Shown: positions 28,672 through 37,958 of the stretch, in pieces | Position numbering within the stretch: the stretch's first letter is position 1 | Layout of the letters: each line of letters opens with the position of its first letter | IMG/VR virus record: IMGVR_UViG_3300037307_000217 | Coordinates: 1-47,418 of that record | Length of the DNA stretch: 47,418 bases | Source: a virus | Lineage: Duplodnaviria > Caudoviricetes | Strand: one strand, 5' to 3' | The notes under the pieces: generated by a model | What the model saw: the letters and a program-made list of their open reading frames with translations, nothing else | The model's database searches: none | What the model was told of the DNA's origin: nothing | Made by a program: the position numbers and the translations under genes

Positions 28672-29028
28672 ATGTTGTTATTCGAAGAATTCATAGCTGA
28701 AAGCAAAGAGACGGATGAGAGGAACAAAGCCATCGACCTTGAAGGCATTATCAAAACAGTACTCTCTAAGAAAGGGATAACTGATCCTAAGGCATTCGAG
28801 GACATCTACGGATACATGGCCGATAAGAAGTCATTCAGCCTCGGTAAGATGACCGATATGTTCCCGTATTCTGTTGGAACGATGAAAGCAGTGATTGAAG
28901 CTGTCAAAGCGGCTATCGATGCACAAGGCTATGGCAAGAAAGGTTCTGATACTACTGCGCCCCTGTCCCAGGCTGGTCGAATCGACCGATATCTGAAAGA
29001 CGTTAACAGGAGTAATAGACTGAGATGA
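28672..29028 (+). CDS. candidate internal head protein
   Basis: N-terminus MLLFEEFIAE resembles the T4 capsid-targeting sequence; AAGGAG SD. Confidence 0.5.
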   Translation: MLLFEEFIAESKETDERNKAIDLEGIIKTVLSKKGITDPKAFEDIYGYMADKKSFSLGKMTDMFPYSVGTMKAVIEAVKAAIDAQGYGKKGSDTTAPLSQAGRIDRYLKDVNRSNRLR

Positions 29029-29112
29029 TCCCTCAAATGACTGAAGGCGAGAAGCGTCTGTTCAAACTTCTAGAGGACACTCGATTGTGTAATCAACTCG
29101 AGGTGTCCTACA

Positions 29113-29427
29113 ATGTCAAGAACTTACCGAAGGAAACACAAGAAGTCGCACATCGCAGAGTCATGGAACTCATACAGCGAGTGTGTTCGTAACTGGTACA
29201 GAAATCGCAATCCTGGAAAGACGGATGAAGAGATCATCCACTTGCAAGATGTGGAGTATCATTGTGACAATCATCCAGGAGAGTGGAATCCTCCTAGTGG
29301 ATACGGCAAGTGGCTGAACAAGAAGGTAAAGAACAAGAATCGTCTCAATCTCATTCGTTGCCTCAGAACTGGCGACGAGTTCGTAGAGATTCCGATGAAG
29401 AGAGATTCAGGCTATCAGTATTTCTAA
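29113..29427 (+). CDS. basic hypothetical protein (MSRTYRR type)
   Basis: GAGGTG SD, 104 aa. Confidence 0.6.
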   Translation: MSRTYRRKHKKSHIAESWNSYSECVRNWYRNRNPGKTDEEIIHLQDVEYHCDNHPGEWNPPSGYGKWLNKKVKNKNRLNLIRCLRTGDEFVEIPMKRDSGYQYF

Positions 29428-29594
29428 ATGAGGTGATGATGGAAACCAATAAGATCTGTTTGGAATGTCTCCGGTGGGAGGGGCGGTGTCAGAATCCTCC
29501 ACTGTGGAAAGCAAGATGTTCTCAAATCGATATGATTACCGAACAGACTGCTTACTGTATCTTTTGGGTCGAAAAGAACCCCATCACTTATCCA

Positions 29595-29668
29595 GTCCCG
29601 TCTGGCGGAATCCAGCCACGAGTCTTCTAAACTTGTAGGGAGAGGTTCGACTCCTCTACGGGGCGCCA
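29595..29668 (+). tRNA. tRNA-Arg(TCT)
   Basis: CGAGT-CTTCTAA-ACTTG, GCCA. Confidence 0.8.
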
Positions 29669-29683
29669 AACAATGAGCATATC

Positions 29684-29983
29684 ATGAAAAAAGAAGAGAT
29701 ATTCATGGGTGTGGGAGTAGATGGTTCGACACCTGTTATCAGCGGGGCGTTTATCTTTAGATTGGTTGATTCGATAGGCATGCCGTTAGATCTTCTCATC
29801 CAAGAACTTAAAGACAAGCACCTAGCCTTCGATATGCTAGGTTTTATTCAGGCTGCCAAAAAGAGCAAAAATTATACACCTAAAAGATTGAAGGCTCTTT
29901 TCAATGAGAATCGTCCGATTGACGATGATGGTTTCGATGAATTGGTCGATTGTGCCATCAGAAGAGCTTACATCGACACTTAG
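29684..29983 (+). CDS. small protein resembling a segment of alanyl-tRNA synthetase
   Basis: ISGAFIFRLVDSIGMPLDL resembles the AlaRS motif G..AF.LYDTYGFP.DL. Confidence 0.55.
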   Translation: MKKEEIFMGVGVDGSTPVISGAFIFRLVDSIGMPLDLLIQELKDKHLAFDMLGFIQAAKKSKNYTPKRLKALFNENRPIDDDGFDELVDCAIRRAYIDT

Positions 29984-30059
29984 GCCCTAGTAACTCAGAG
30001 GTCAGAGTACGCCACTCCTAAGGGCGCGGTCACTGGTTCGAATCCAGTCTAGGGTACCA
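29984..30059 (+). tRNA. tRNA-Arg(CCT)
   Basis: Loop CTCCTAA, GGTTCGAATCC, CCA. Confidence 0.85.
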
Positions 30060-30286
30060 CTAATGGACACACTATGAAGAGAGTTTATAGCGAGGTGTTA
30101 TGAACGAAAGCACGATTGTTAGTGACTATCAGCTAATAGCAGCTACTTCTGCAGCGATGAGGAAAGCATACAACAGAGAGAGAGTCAAGACCTTCCCCAG
30201 GTGTATCAATGAGATTCAGCAATCATTGGTCGGATGTATCTTCAAGGCTGATGCGATTGAAGTGATGCAGGAGTATGTCAAGAAAC

Positions 30287-30544
30287 ATGGATGAGTCAGT
30301 AGAAGTACCCAAAATCACATCCATGCTAGGTGTGCTTCAAGATAAGGCTAACAGGCAAAGAGACAGGATTCGAAAGATCTTGGAGAAGCCTAGAGCAGAC
30401 CGCAACAAACAGATGCTGAAGAAGTTACTAAAAGAGAACAAAGCCATTCGAAAGGTCTTGAAGCAATCGAAGAAGCAAGACTCCAAAACTGTTTGCCCAC
30501 ACTGCGGTCAAGAGATCCACATTCCAAATGATTTGCCTAAATAG
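30287..30544 (+). CDS. small basic protein with C-terminal CPHCG
   Basis: Helical basic body and Zn knuckle. Confidence 0.55.
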   Translation: MDESVEVPKITSMLGVLQDKANRQRDRIRKILEKPRADRNKQMLKKLLKENKAIRKVLKQSKKQDSKTVCPHCGQEIHIPNDLPK

Positions 30545-30781
30545 GTAACATTTCAATGTCATACAATGTCGAAACATCTAAGGTCCTCTTGTGGGACAAT
30601 CAAACCCAAGAGATGGTGCAAAGGGTCGAAGTGACAGTTCAACTGATAGGCAACAAAGGAACTGTGTACATTGAAGAAGGCCCGCTATACTGCACCACAT
30701 CTCAAGAAATTCACGAAGCTGTGGGTATTCTGAAAGAACGAATCACACAACATCTACTCAAAGAGTACAGAGGAGACGAAG

Positions 30782-31093
30782 ATGGCGTCAAAACGAGTTA
30801 GGTTTGGAGAGATCACCCTCGGCCAAGACTTTGAGTGGGGCGGCAGGATGCTTCGTAAAGAATCTGATCTCAGAGCGACAACATTGGTGCCCAGGCAGGA
30901 GTTCTTCTTCAAGAAGTCAGATATAGTCACTGTACAAGTTCCTGATGTCTCCGATGACGACGAAGACCTCTACCCGATGTACGGGCTAGGTGGGATGGGA
31001 TCGGCTAACCCCAGCGTTCCGCATCCTCTCACATCAGATGACCTTTCCGACATGTACGGCATACCCTTCGACGGCGCCGACCGCTGCAACTAA
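30782..31093 (+). CDS. hypothetical protein, N-terminus paralogous to ORF 13826
   Basis: RFGEITLGQDFEWGG versus RFGELSVGDDFEFAG. Confidence 0.6.
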   Translation: MASKRVRFGEITLGQDFEWGGRMLRKESDLRATTLVPRQEFFFKKSDIVTVQVPDVSDDDEDLYPMYGLGGMGSANPSVPHPLTSDDLSDMYGIPFDGADRCN

Positions 31094-31140
31094 AATATTT
31101 TGGCAACCCGGTTGACTTTGTGGTACGAGGATGCTACAAT
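31092..31140 (+). promoter_or_regulatory. repeated early promoter, copy 5
   Basis: AAAATATTTTGGCAACCCGGTTGAC identical to copies 3 and 4; TACAAT at 31135. Confidence 0.85.
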
Positions 31141-31179
31141 ATGATTACAAAGTCGTCAATCAACCTCGGAGCTTCAAAA

Positions 31180-31512
31180 ATGAACCTGAACGAACTCTAC
31201 ACCTGGATCGAAGACGCCACTGGTGAAATCACTGTCCCTGACATCGCGGATGCTTATCGCAAGGCCGTCTGGATGCAAGGTCGTGACACCGGAATGAAGC
31301 GCGCCCGGGACCACATCCGCCACAACATCGGCGAGAAGCTGCCTCGTCTGACCCAGGCCCCCAAGCGCCTCCGCCAGGAGATGGGTGATCTGATCGCCGA
31401 CTACTGGCTGTCCGGGCATGAGGCTGCGATGGATCTGGTCGAGCAGAAGATCAACGTCTTCATCTTTCACGCCACCGACGGCCAAGCCTTGGTTGCTCGA
31501 TTCTCCCGCTAA
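31180..31512 (+). CDS. early hypothetical protein
   Basis: GGAG SD before ATG 31180; GC-rich codons. Confidence 0.7.
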   Translation: MNLNELYTWIEDATGEITVPDIADAYRKAVWMQGRDTGMKRARDHIRHNIGEKLPRLTQAPKRLRQEMGDLIADYWLSGHEAAMDLVEQKINVFIFHATDGQALVARFSR

Positions 31513-31517
31513 GAAGG

Positions 31518-31796
31518 ATTCGGAACTAACGCCGAATTAAAAGGGTGCTGGGCCACCCTTGAGGATAGAGTCGGTCGCCTTGACCACAATGCTGGCGAAC
31601 TGACTCTATCCTGACTAACAAGTTAGCGTTTTCGATGAAGTGACTTACTCTCCGTGGAGGGTGATGAAGTAAGCGGCAGAGCCTAGACGACGATACGGAG
31701 CCCGCGGGCTACACGATCGAGACGAGGTAACTAGCATCGCCGCAAGTCACTTAGCGTCTACTACGAGAAGGTAGAGAGGGATAACCGTCACCCTCA
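31518..31796 (+). ncRNA. unidentified multi-stem structured RNA (about 280 nt)
   Basis: No ORF in the track; stems AAGGGTG/CACCCTT, AGGATAGAGTC/GACTCTATCCT, AAGTGACTT/AAGTCACTT and nested hairpins. Confidence 0.6.
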
Positions 31797-31824
31797 ACTA
31801 ACTTCCACACTAAGGGCAATAGAG

Positions 31825-32088
31825 ATGACCGAAACGACTGTCGAGTTTTATGCTATGTTCAGCTACATCAACGGACATGGACGGCGCGGCGGAGACAACA
31901 CAGAATGGCATTGGTGTGGTCCCTTCGATTCCCGTAAGGAAGCATTAGCTACTGCAAAGAGCATTCAGAAGAACGGGCAGTCGAGAAACTGGTACGAGTA
32001 TTGCGACGGGCAGGTTAAGACCTTCCAAGGCAAAGAGAATTTCGTAAAGAAAGCCAACGCTGTGGGGTTGCACCCGAGAGTTGACTAA
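31825..32088 (+). CDS. hypothetical protein
   Basis: 87 aa ORF with a GPFDSRKEA motif. Confidence 0.6.
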   Translation: MTETTVEFYAMFSYINGHGRRGGDNTEWHWCGPFDSRKEALATAKSIQKNGQSRNWYEYCDGQVKTFQGKENFVKKANAVGLHPRVD

Positions 32089-32096
32089 AGAACATT

Positions 32097-32174
32097 GGCA
32101 CCTGAGTCTGCTAGGTGTGGACGCCTGCCTGTCACGCAGGATATAGAGGGGTTCGAATCCCCTAGGTGTCGCCA
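32097..32174 (+). tRNA. tRNA-Asp(GTC)
   Basis: CCTGC-CTGTCAC-GCAGG, GCCA. Confidence 0.9.
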
Positions 32175-32390
32175 ATCACCCGACGAGGAGATCTTGATGG
32201 TAACTGAAAGTGAGTTGAGAACTGATGTGAACTATGAGTACTATCGACTGTCGATCGGCGTATGGGTCCCGGCTCAGTTCAAAGAGAAGATCTATCAAGG
32301 TAGGACTCCGAAGTTCGTCTTTGATCTGGGGAACAACGTCGTTATCGAATGCTCAAATCTGAGGTACGTACGCGAAGTGAAGTAGATAAC

Positions 32391-32465
32391 GAACCGTGGG
32401 GCGGCTGGTGTGGCCAGTAGTCTTTCAAACTACTCAGATGGGATCGAAACCCATACGGTTCACCA
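32391..32465 (+). tRNA. tRNA-Glu(TTC)
   Basis: GTAGT-CTTTCAA-ACTAC, CCA. Confidence 0.85.
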
Positions 32466-32473
32466 GATTCAAT

Positions 32474-32548
32474 GGGAGTGAAGCTTTGGCGGCGAAGCAG
32501 CGGGCTCTTAATCCGCAGAGGAGGGTTCGATCCCCTACGCTCCTACCA
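32474..32548 (+). tRNA. tRNA-Lys(CTT)
   Basis: GCGGG-CTCTTAA-TCCGC, CCA. Confidence 0.9.
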
Positions 32549-32554
32549 ATCAAC

Positions 32555-32631
32555 GCACCGTTCTGCTAATGGCCCAGGCGACTAGCTTCTCAGGCTGGGA
32601 AATAAGGGTTCGACTCCCTTACGGTGTACCA
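32555..32631 (+). tRNA. tRNA-Glu(CTC)
   Basis: CTAGC-TTCTCAG-GCTGG, CCA. Confidence 0.85.
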
Positions 32632-32638
32632 AGTTAAC

Positions 32639-32712
32639 GGGTGTCTAGTTCAATGGTAGAACATGGCCCTTTTAAGGCCTCAATCTAGGTTCGATTCCTA
32701 GGACACCTACCA
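32639..32712 (+). tRNA. tRNA-Lys(TTT)
   Basis: GGCC-CTTTTAA-GGCC, CCA. Confidence 0.9.
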
Positions 32713-32718
32713 CATACT

Positions 32719-32794
32719 GGGCCCATAGCTCAACAGGTGGAGCAAAGAACTCATAATTCTGAGGATGCAGGTTCGAGTCCTGCGGGGCCCACCA
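32719..32794 (+). tRNA. tRNA-CAT, probably Ile2 (lysidine type) rather than Met
   Basis: AGAA-CTCATAA-TTCT; GGGCCC acceptor resembles ileX-type tRNAs. Confidence 0.8.
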
Positions 32795-32796
32795 GC

Positions 32797-32804
32797 TATA
32801 AATA
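32797..32804 (+). promoter_or_regulatory. T4-type late promoter
   Basis: TATAAATA immediately upstream of an ORF. Confidence 0.65.
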
Positions 32805-33072
32805 CAAGAAGGATGAATATGAATGCCTATGAGAAGATCATCGCCTACGGCAGTGAGTTCGGAGTAGACAATCTCAGTGTTGATGCACTCATCTCGAGTC
32901 ATCGATCCATGCGAGAAGCCATTAGATCAGATCAGAAGATCTGGCTAGAAATGTTGGAACAGGCTAGACAACGCGCCTATCAACAAGTGCTAGACACATC
33001 TTGGATCCGAATTGAAGATCTCAAGAAGATGAGTGTGCAGGAGTTAGCGAATCTCCTGAGTGAAGATTAACT

Positions 33073-33146
33073 GCGGGTAAGCTCGAGGTGGGCCGCCAGC
33101 CTTCCAAGCTGTGCAGAGTAGGGTTCGATTCCCTCTATCCGCTCCA
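33073..33146 (+). tRNA. tRNA-Gly(TCC)
   Basis: CAGC-CTTCCAA-GCTG, TCCA. Confidence 0.85.
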
Positions 33147-33415
33147 AACTGAGGACTATGAATGAAGAATGTAATCCAGTGTTACCGTGTTCTTGATCCT
33201 GATCTCATTGCCAAGCCTGAAGATCAGCAGAGTCAATCAATCGAAGATGCGTTTGCTGCACCAGTAAACATCCACATACACGATGCAGATGAAGGTCTCT
33301 ACTATGTCGTTAGGGTGCTTTCATTTGATGACATAGTCTTAGAGAAGTTGGATCCTGAATCTGATGTGTATAAAGAACTGATTAAGATGTTAGAGGATTC
33401 GCCTTTACCTGGCAC

Positions 33416-33444
33416 TTGACTTTCACTTGAAACTGCGCTATACT
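33416..33444 (+). promoter_or_regulatory. sigma70-like promoter
   Basis: TTGACT-17-TATACT. Confidence 0.7.
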
Positions 33445-33625
33445 ATTCCAATGAAATCAACCTAGAGGGCATTCTAATGATGAGACCGTGGACTCAGATA
33501 CTGCCATTCTTCATCGTGCGGTACATTGCGCTCAAGAGTTCAGAGCGATTCGTCATGGATAAGAAGGTGTGGGTGCAAGTGTATGCAGACACCTTCATCC
33601 GAGTGAAAGACAAACCATAAACAAC

Positions 33626-33709
33626 GGGCGGGTAGACCGCTAAGGAGACGGGGCAGACTGTAAATCTGCTGCTTCGGCCCGCCAGGATCGTTACCTGGAC
33701 CGCCCACCA
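33626..33709 (+). tRNA. tRNA-Tyr(GTA)
   Basis: GCAGA-CTGTAAA-TCTGC, long variable arm, CCA. Confidence 0.9.
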
Positions 33710-34006
33710 ATTCAACTTGATAATGAGATAGTTATGATCAACAGCATCCTTGTTGAACCGAAGCTGACAAGTGATTTCGTTAAGTTCACAGTCACTCGTA
33801 ACAATGATTTGAGAATAAAGGTGCCCATTGATACGACACAGGCTGATATCGAAGTCTGGACTACAGTAGGCATCAACCTGTTTAACTCCATAGCTCCGGT
33901 TGATCGTTCCTATAGAGGCAAAGTTCGCATAGGCGAGTCTCATGTATCAATGTACAACGATGCCAAAACTCATTCTATTGCTGTGGAGTTAAAATTTGAA
34001 GATAAC

Positions 34007-34082
34007 GCCTCTCAAGCTAACCAGGTGGAAGCAGCGGACTGAAAATCCGCAGGGCTTGGATCGATACCAAGGGGAGGCACCA
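34007..34082 (+). tRNA. tRNA-Phe(GAA)
   Basis: GCGGA-CTGAAAA-TCCGC, CCA. Confidence 0.9.
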
Positions 34083-34089
34083 AAACAAT

Positions 34090-34165
34090 CTCTGTGTAGC
34101 TGAGCTTGGTTTAGCACCGCGTTTGGGGCGCGGGGACGCAGGTTCGAGTCCTGCCACGGAGACCA
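34090..34165 (+). tRNA. tRNA-Pro(TGG)
   Basis: CCGCG-TTTGGGG-CGCGG, ACCA. Confidence 0.9.
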
Positions 34166-34171
34166 ATTCAT

Positions 34172-34248
34172 TGAGGGGTAGCACTCAGGGCGAGTGCACC
34201 TGACTGTTAATCAGGATGGAGGTGGGTTCGATCCCCACCCCCTCAGCC
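34172..34248 (+). tRNA. tRNA-Asn(GTT)
   Basis: CCTGA-CTGTTAA-TCAGG, GCCA. Confidence 0.9.
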
Positions 34249-34255
34249 AAACAAC

Positions 34256-34330
34256 ATCTCAGTGGTCTAGCGGTACGATGCTGGTCTCCAAAACCATGCG
34301 ACGAGGGTTCGAATCCTTCCTGGGATGCCA
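34256..34330 (+). tRNA. tRNA-Trp(CCA)
   Basis: TGGT-CTCCAAA-ACCA, GCCA. Confidence 0.9.
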
Positions 34331-34349
34331 AACAATGTATGAGGTGAGA

Positions 34350-34937
34350 ATGAAACGATTGATCGGATTGACTGGTACGACAGGATCCAATACGATTGCG
34401 GGCTGTGGGAAAGACACAGTCGCCGCAATGATCGCATTGAGAACTGGATATACGATCTACGGCTTTGCTGATCCCCTCTACCAGATGGTGAAAGCTGGAT
34501 TTGGGATAGATGGAAAGAGCGAAGAGTATCAAGATAGACTGGCGAAAGCGAACCCAATCCCCTGGCTGTCAACATCAGATCAACCTATATCTCTTCGCTA
34601 TCTGTTAGAGACTCTAGGAACGGAGTGGGGTAGGGATCTGATTCAACCCGATGTGTGGTTGCGTTTAGCATCCAAGTTCATAAGAGAGTGCCCAACTGGG
34701 GTCATAATCAAAGATGTTAGGTTCCCAAATGAGGCGGAGTGGCTAGAGTCAGAGGGAGGTGTTCTAATACATATCTTGAGACCCGACTACTTCGCACCTG
34801 ATGCAACGAAAGGGCATCCATCAAACATACCGCTTCCAATCAGAAGCCAGAACAAAATGATCATGAATGACTGCGATATCAACACTTTGAGTTCTCGAGT
34901 AGAATCATTGTGCTACATGGAAAAGTTCTGCACTTAA
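34350..34937 (+). CDS. deoxynucleoside monophosphate kinase
   Basis: LIGLTG..AGCGKDT, FADPL, R.LLETLGTEWGR, DVRFPNE; GAGGTG SD. Confidence 0.9.
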   Translation: MKRLIGLTGTTGSNTIAGCGKDTVAAMIALRTGYTIYGFADPLYQMVKAGFGIDGKSEEYQDRLAKANPIPWLSTSDQPISLRYLLETLGTEWGRDLIQPDVWLRLASKFIRECPTGVIIKDVRFPNEAEWLESEGGVLIHILRPDYFAPDATKGHPSNIPLPIRSQNKMIMNDCDINTLSSRVESLCYMEKFCT

Positions 34938-34940
34938 GAC

Positions 34941-35016
34941 GCCGCTATAGCTCAGACGGTAGAGCAACTCACTTGTAATGAGAAGGTCGGGGGTTCGATT
35001 CCTCCTGGCGGCACCA
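34941..35016 (+). tRNA. tRNA-Thr(TGT)
   Basis: CTCA-CTTGTAA-TGAG, CCA. Confidence 0.92.
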
Positions 35017-35021
35017 GAACA

Positions 35022-35095
35022 TGCCTGAATGCTCGATGGGATTACATTTGACTGCTAATCAAAACCGTAAAAATCTCATCACTTCTTGTCAGGCA
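35022..35095 (+). ncRNA. Y-RNA-like element 11 (cargo: perfect GCT anticodon stem-loop)
   Basis: TGCCTGA/TCAGGCA, GATGGGAT/ATCTCATC; TTTGA-CTGCTAA-TCAAA. Confidence 0.75.
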
Positions 35096-35606
35096 CCTAT
35101 TCAATCCTCTCTATACCTTCAGATCTATTCGCGAACGTGATGAAGGGAATGTGGAATGGTAAGGGCCATAGATCTAGACACGACCTTACAGAGAGGATCA
35201 CCAACACAAGGAGCATTAGACGATGCCATCACTCACACCAACCGAATTCACAGTGCTCAAATTTGCCCGCTCTGTTGTCGAGTGCACAGAGATTGCTTGG
35301 TGCAAGCATTGGTTGTATGGAAAGATGGAGAATGATGCTCGAGCTAGATCCACTACTATCATGAATCAGAAAGCCTATGATAAGGCATTGCGAGGTCTCG
35401 TTGAGAAGAAGTTCTTTCTCTTGATGTGGGAGGACAACTACAAACTTGTTTCATTCAACTGACGAGGAGGTGCGACAATGTTTCGTTTGAACGGGTTCAC
35501 TGTTACAATCTACGCGGATTCAGTTGTGGTTTCTCAGGGAACATTGAAACTCTACTTCACCACTCTTGAAGAAGCTCTTGATATGCTTGAGAGCATTCAA
35601 TAGAGG

Positions 35607-35635
35607 TTGACTTTTGCACTGCACGGCATTACAAT
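35607..35635 (+). promoter_or_regulatory. sigma70-like promoter
   Basis: TTGACT-17-TACAAT. Confidence 0.65.
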
Positions 35636-36130
35636 AATTCACACAGTCGTCAACTAACCCTGGAGATCAAAATGGCAGAACATACTGAGAAAGGCGGAGT
35701 TGAAACGGCCGCAGGATTCATTCCACATCTCAAGATCGGCAAGTTCCAAGCTCCCGTTAAGCTCGACTTCTCAACTCGTTACGAAGAAGGCTACAAGCCG
35801 TTGACTCGAGATGGAAATCTGGTCTATGCTCTTCCTGGTGGCGGTGAGATTGCCGTTAGCAGTGATCATGTCGCGAACTAAGCACGCTCTTCCAAGTCAC
35901 TACTTGCATCGCATGCGAGTGCAGAATCGTCGCAAGGCTGAGGAAGCTGCACTCGATGAGTTGAAAGAAGAGGGCGTAGATCCTATTCGACACATCAATC
36001 GTTTACATAGTTTCTGGACTCAGATCCCAGAACCTTGGAACGACAAGCCTAATGCATCGGGTAGAGAGTATCACAACAAAGCCTACTGGGTCAAGTGGCG
36101 CAAAGCTGCCAACAACCCACACTGGACGAA

Positions 36131-36206
36131 GGGTCGTTAGCTCACTTGGTAGAGCGCTTCCGTGACATGGAAGAGGTAGTTGGTTCGATTCCAACACGAC
36201 CCACCA
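36131..36206 (+). tRNA. tRNA-Val(GAC)
   Basis: CTTCC-GTGACAT-GGAAG, CCA. Confidence 0.9.
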
Positions 36207-36315
36207 ATAAATAAAGGATGCCGGCGGCTAGGTAGGGACAGTAAACGGAGAATGGGATGCGATGGTCGAGCTGAAGACCTAGTTGATACCTCACCGCGCC
36301 TAGCCAACTTATTTC

Positions 36316-36390
36316 GCGGGTGTAGTTCAGTGGTAGAACGCAACCTTGCCAAGGTTGATGTCAGGGGTTCGAATCCCCTCACCCGCTCCA
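36316..36390 (+). tRNA. tRNA-Gly(GCC)
   Basis: CAACC-TTGCCAA-GGTTG, TCCA. Confidence 0.95.
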
Positions 36391-36408
36391 ATTCATATAG
36401 GAGAACTT

Positions 36409-37180
36409 ATGCCAATTACTTTCAAAGGTCGGATGGATTCCTGATGTACCTGATATGCGAGACTTCAAGTTCTCGCCAAGACCCACAACGTTAGCTCAAC
36501 TGCCACCTGCATTTGATCTGAGCAATGATCCAAGTATGCCGCCCATCTATGATCAGGGTGAGTTAGGGAGTTGTACTGCTCAAGCTATTGCCGCAGCTAT
36601 CCAGTTCGAGCGTAGAGACGCGATTACGAGAGAAGACTTCATTCCATCCCGCTTGTTCATCTACTACAATGAAAGAGCTATGGAAGGGACTATCAAAGTA
36701 GACGCTGGGGCACAGATCAGAGATGGCATCAAGTCGGTTGCTGTGTTGGGCGCTTGCCAAGAGAAGCATTGGCCTTATGACATCAACAAGTTCACTAAAA
36801 AGCCAGTGAAGGCTTGTTACAAAGATGGTGTAAAGCATGCTGCTGTTCAGTATCATAGAGCGACCAGGAACCTTGAATCATTCAAAGCAGCTATCTTTGA
36901 TCGTAATCTTGTTGTGATCGGCATTGCAGTTTACGAATCATTCATGTCGGAAGAAACTGCTAGAACAGGTATCGTCAAGATGCCAGCAAGCAATGAGAAG
37001 ATGCTCGGTGGTCACGCTGTCGCCGTTGTTGGATACAATGATGCTACACAGTGCTTTGTAGTTCGCAACTCCTGGGGTGAGAACTGGGGCAACAATGGAT
37101 TCTTCCATCTACCGTATGAGTTTATCGTCGATAGCGATCTATCAGATGACTTCTGGGTAATCACAAGGATTCGATCATAA
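36409..37180 (+). CDS. papain-like C1 cysteine peptidase; frameshift near 36427
   Basis: DQGELGSCTA, GGHAV, RNSWG; AGGAG SD with ATG 36409 one base out of frame from GWIPDVPDMRD. Confidence 0.9.
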
Positions 37181-37185
37181 CAAAG

Positions 37186-37261
37186 GCCCGAGTAGCACAG
37201 AGGTAGTCGCACCCCCTTGGTAAGGGGGAGGTCGTTGGTTCAATTCCAACCTTGGGCACCA
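37186..37261 (+). tRNA. tRNA-Thr(GGT)
   Basis: CCCCC-TTGGTAA-GGGGG, CCA. Confidence 0.9.
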
Positions 37262-37279
37262 CATTCAAAGGAGTAAGCA

Positions 37280-37480
37280 ATGAAAACATTTGATGAGTTT
37301 TTAGACGAAGGCGTCAAAGTTGAGATCAAGAAGAAGTCAAGTAATGAAGCCAATGTGAGTGCTCGTCATGTAACGTATGACCTGCACGTGAATGGCAAGT
37401 ATCATACCACGCATAAAGATGTCAATGACGCTCTTGATCACAAAGAGAGAATCGAGAAAGCAGGTAAGATCGTAGACTAA
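37280..37480 (+). CDS. candidate internal head protein
   Basis: MKTFDEFLDE N-terminus; AAGGAG SD. Confidence 0.55.
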   Translation: MKTFDEFLDEGVKVEIKKKSSNEANVSARHVTYDLHVNGKYHTTHKDVNDALDHKERIEKAGKIVD

Positions 37481-37501
37481 CAACCTGGATGAGGAGATGA
37501 A

Positions 37502-37645
37502 ATGGCTAAGGTGAAGACACAAGTTGCCAATGTGAAGAAGGAAGCAGTTCCCAAGAAGACCAGTGACGGTGCAAGCAAGAACACTCGATACAAGTCGAAG
37601 AATGACAAACGTACCAAGAAACCATATAGGGGGCAAGGTCGATGA
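37502..37645 (+). CDS. small very basic protein ending YRGQGR (not in ORF track)
   Basis: 47 aa MAKVKTQVANVKKEAVPKKT...KKPYRGQGR; GAGGAG SD. Confidence 0.65.
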   Translation: MAKVKTQVANVKKEAVPKKTSDGASKNTRYKSKNDKRTKKPYRGQGR

Positions 37646-37956
37646 GCATTGAATTTGAAAGAGATAAGATCAATCGTTCTATTCTCATCCTGCAACTCGC
37701 TGTGAACCTTATGGAGAGTACCGACCTCAATGATGAGGATGCGTCATTGCTTGCGGAACTGGTTGAGCACTCAGTAGTCCAATCGGCGTTGAGTAAGAAG
37801 GCGAAGCCTGCTATTCCTGTTCTTTCAGATACTGAGATATGGAATGCTGTATCGGAAGAACTAAATCAGCCTCCGTACCCGAAAGACATCAAATCATCTT
37901 ATGTTCTCACTGAAGAAGATATGAACACCCGTTGCTTTCAACCTAACGGCGATTAA
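37642..37956 (+). CDS. hypothetical protein
   Basis: ATGA-coupled to the upstream small ORF. Confidence 0.55.
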   Translation: MSIEFERDKINRSILILQLAVNLMESTDLNDEDASLLAELVEHSVVQSALSKKAKPAIPVLSDTEIWNAVSEELNQPPYPKDIKSSYVLTEEDMNTRCFQPNGD

Positions 37957-37958
37957 GT

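Noticed and set aside
34194-34349. N-terminal extension of the dNMP kinase and other ORFs spanning tRNA genes (32095, 32765, 36180)
   Set aside because: They read through tRNA genes; SD-supported starts lie downstream.
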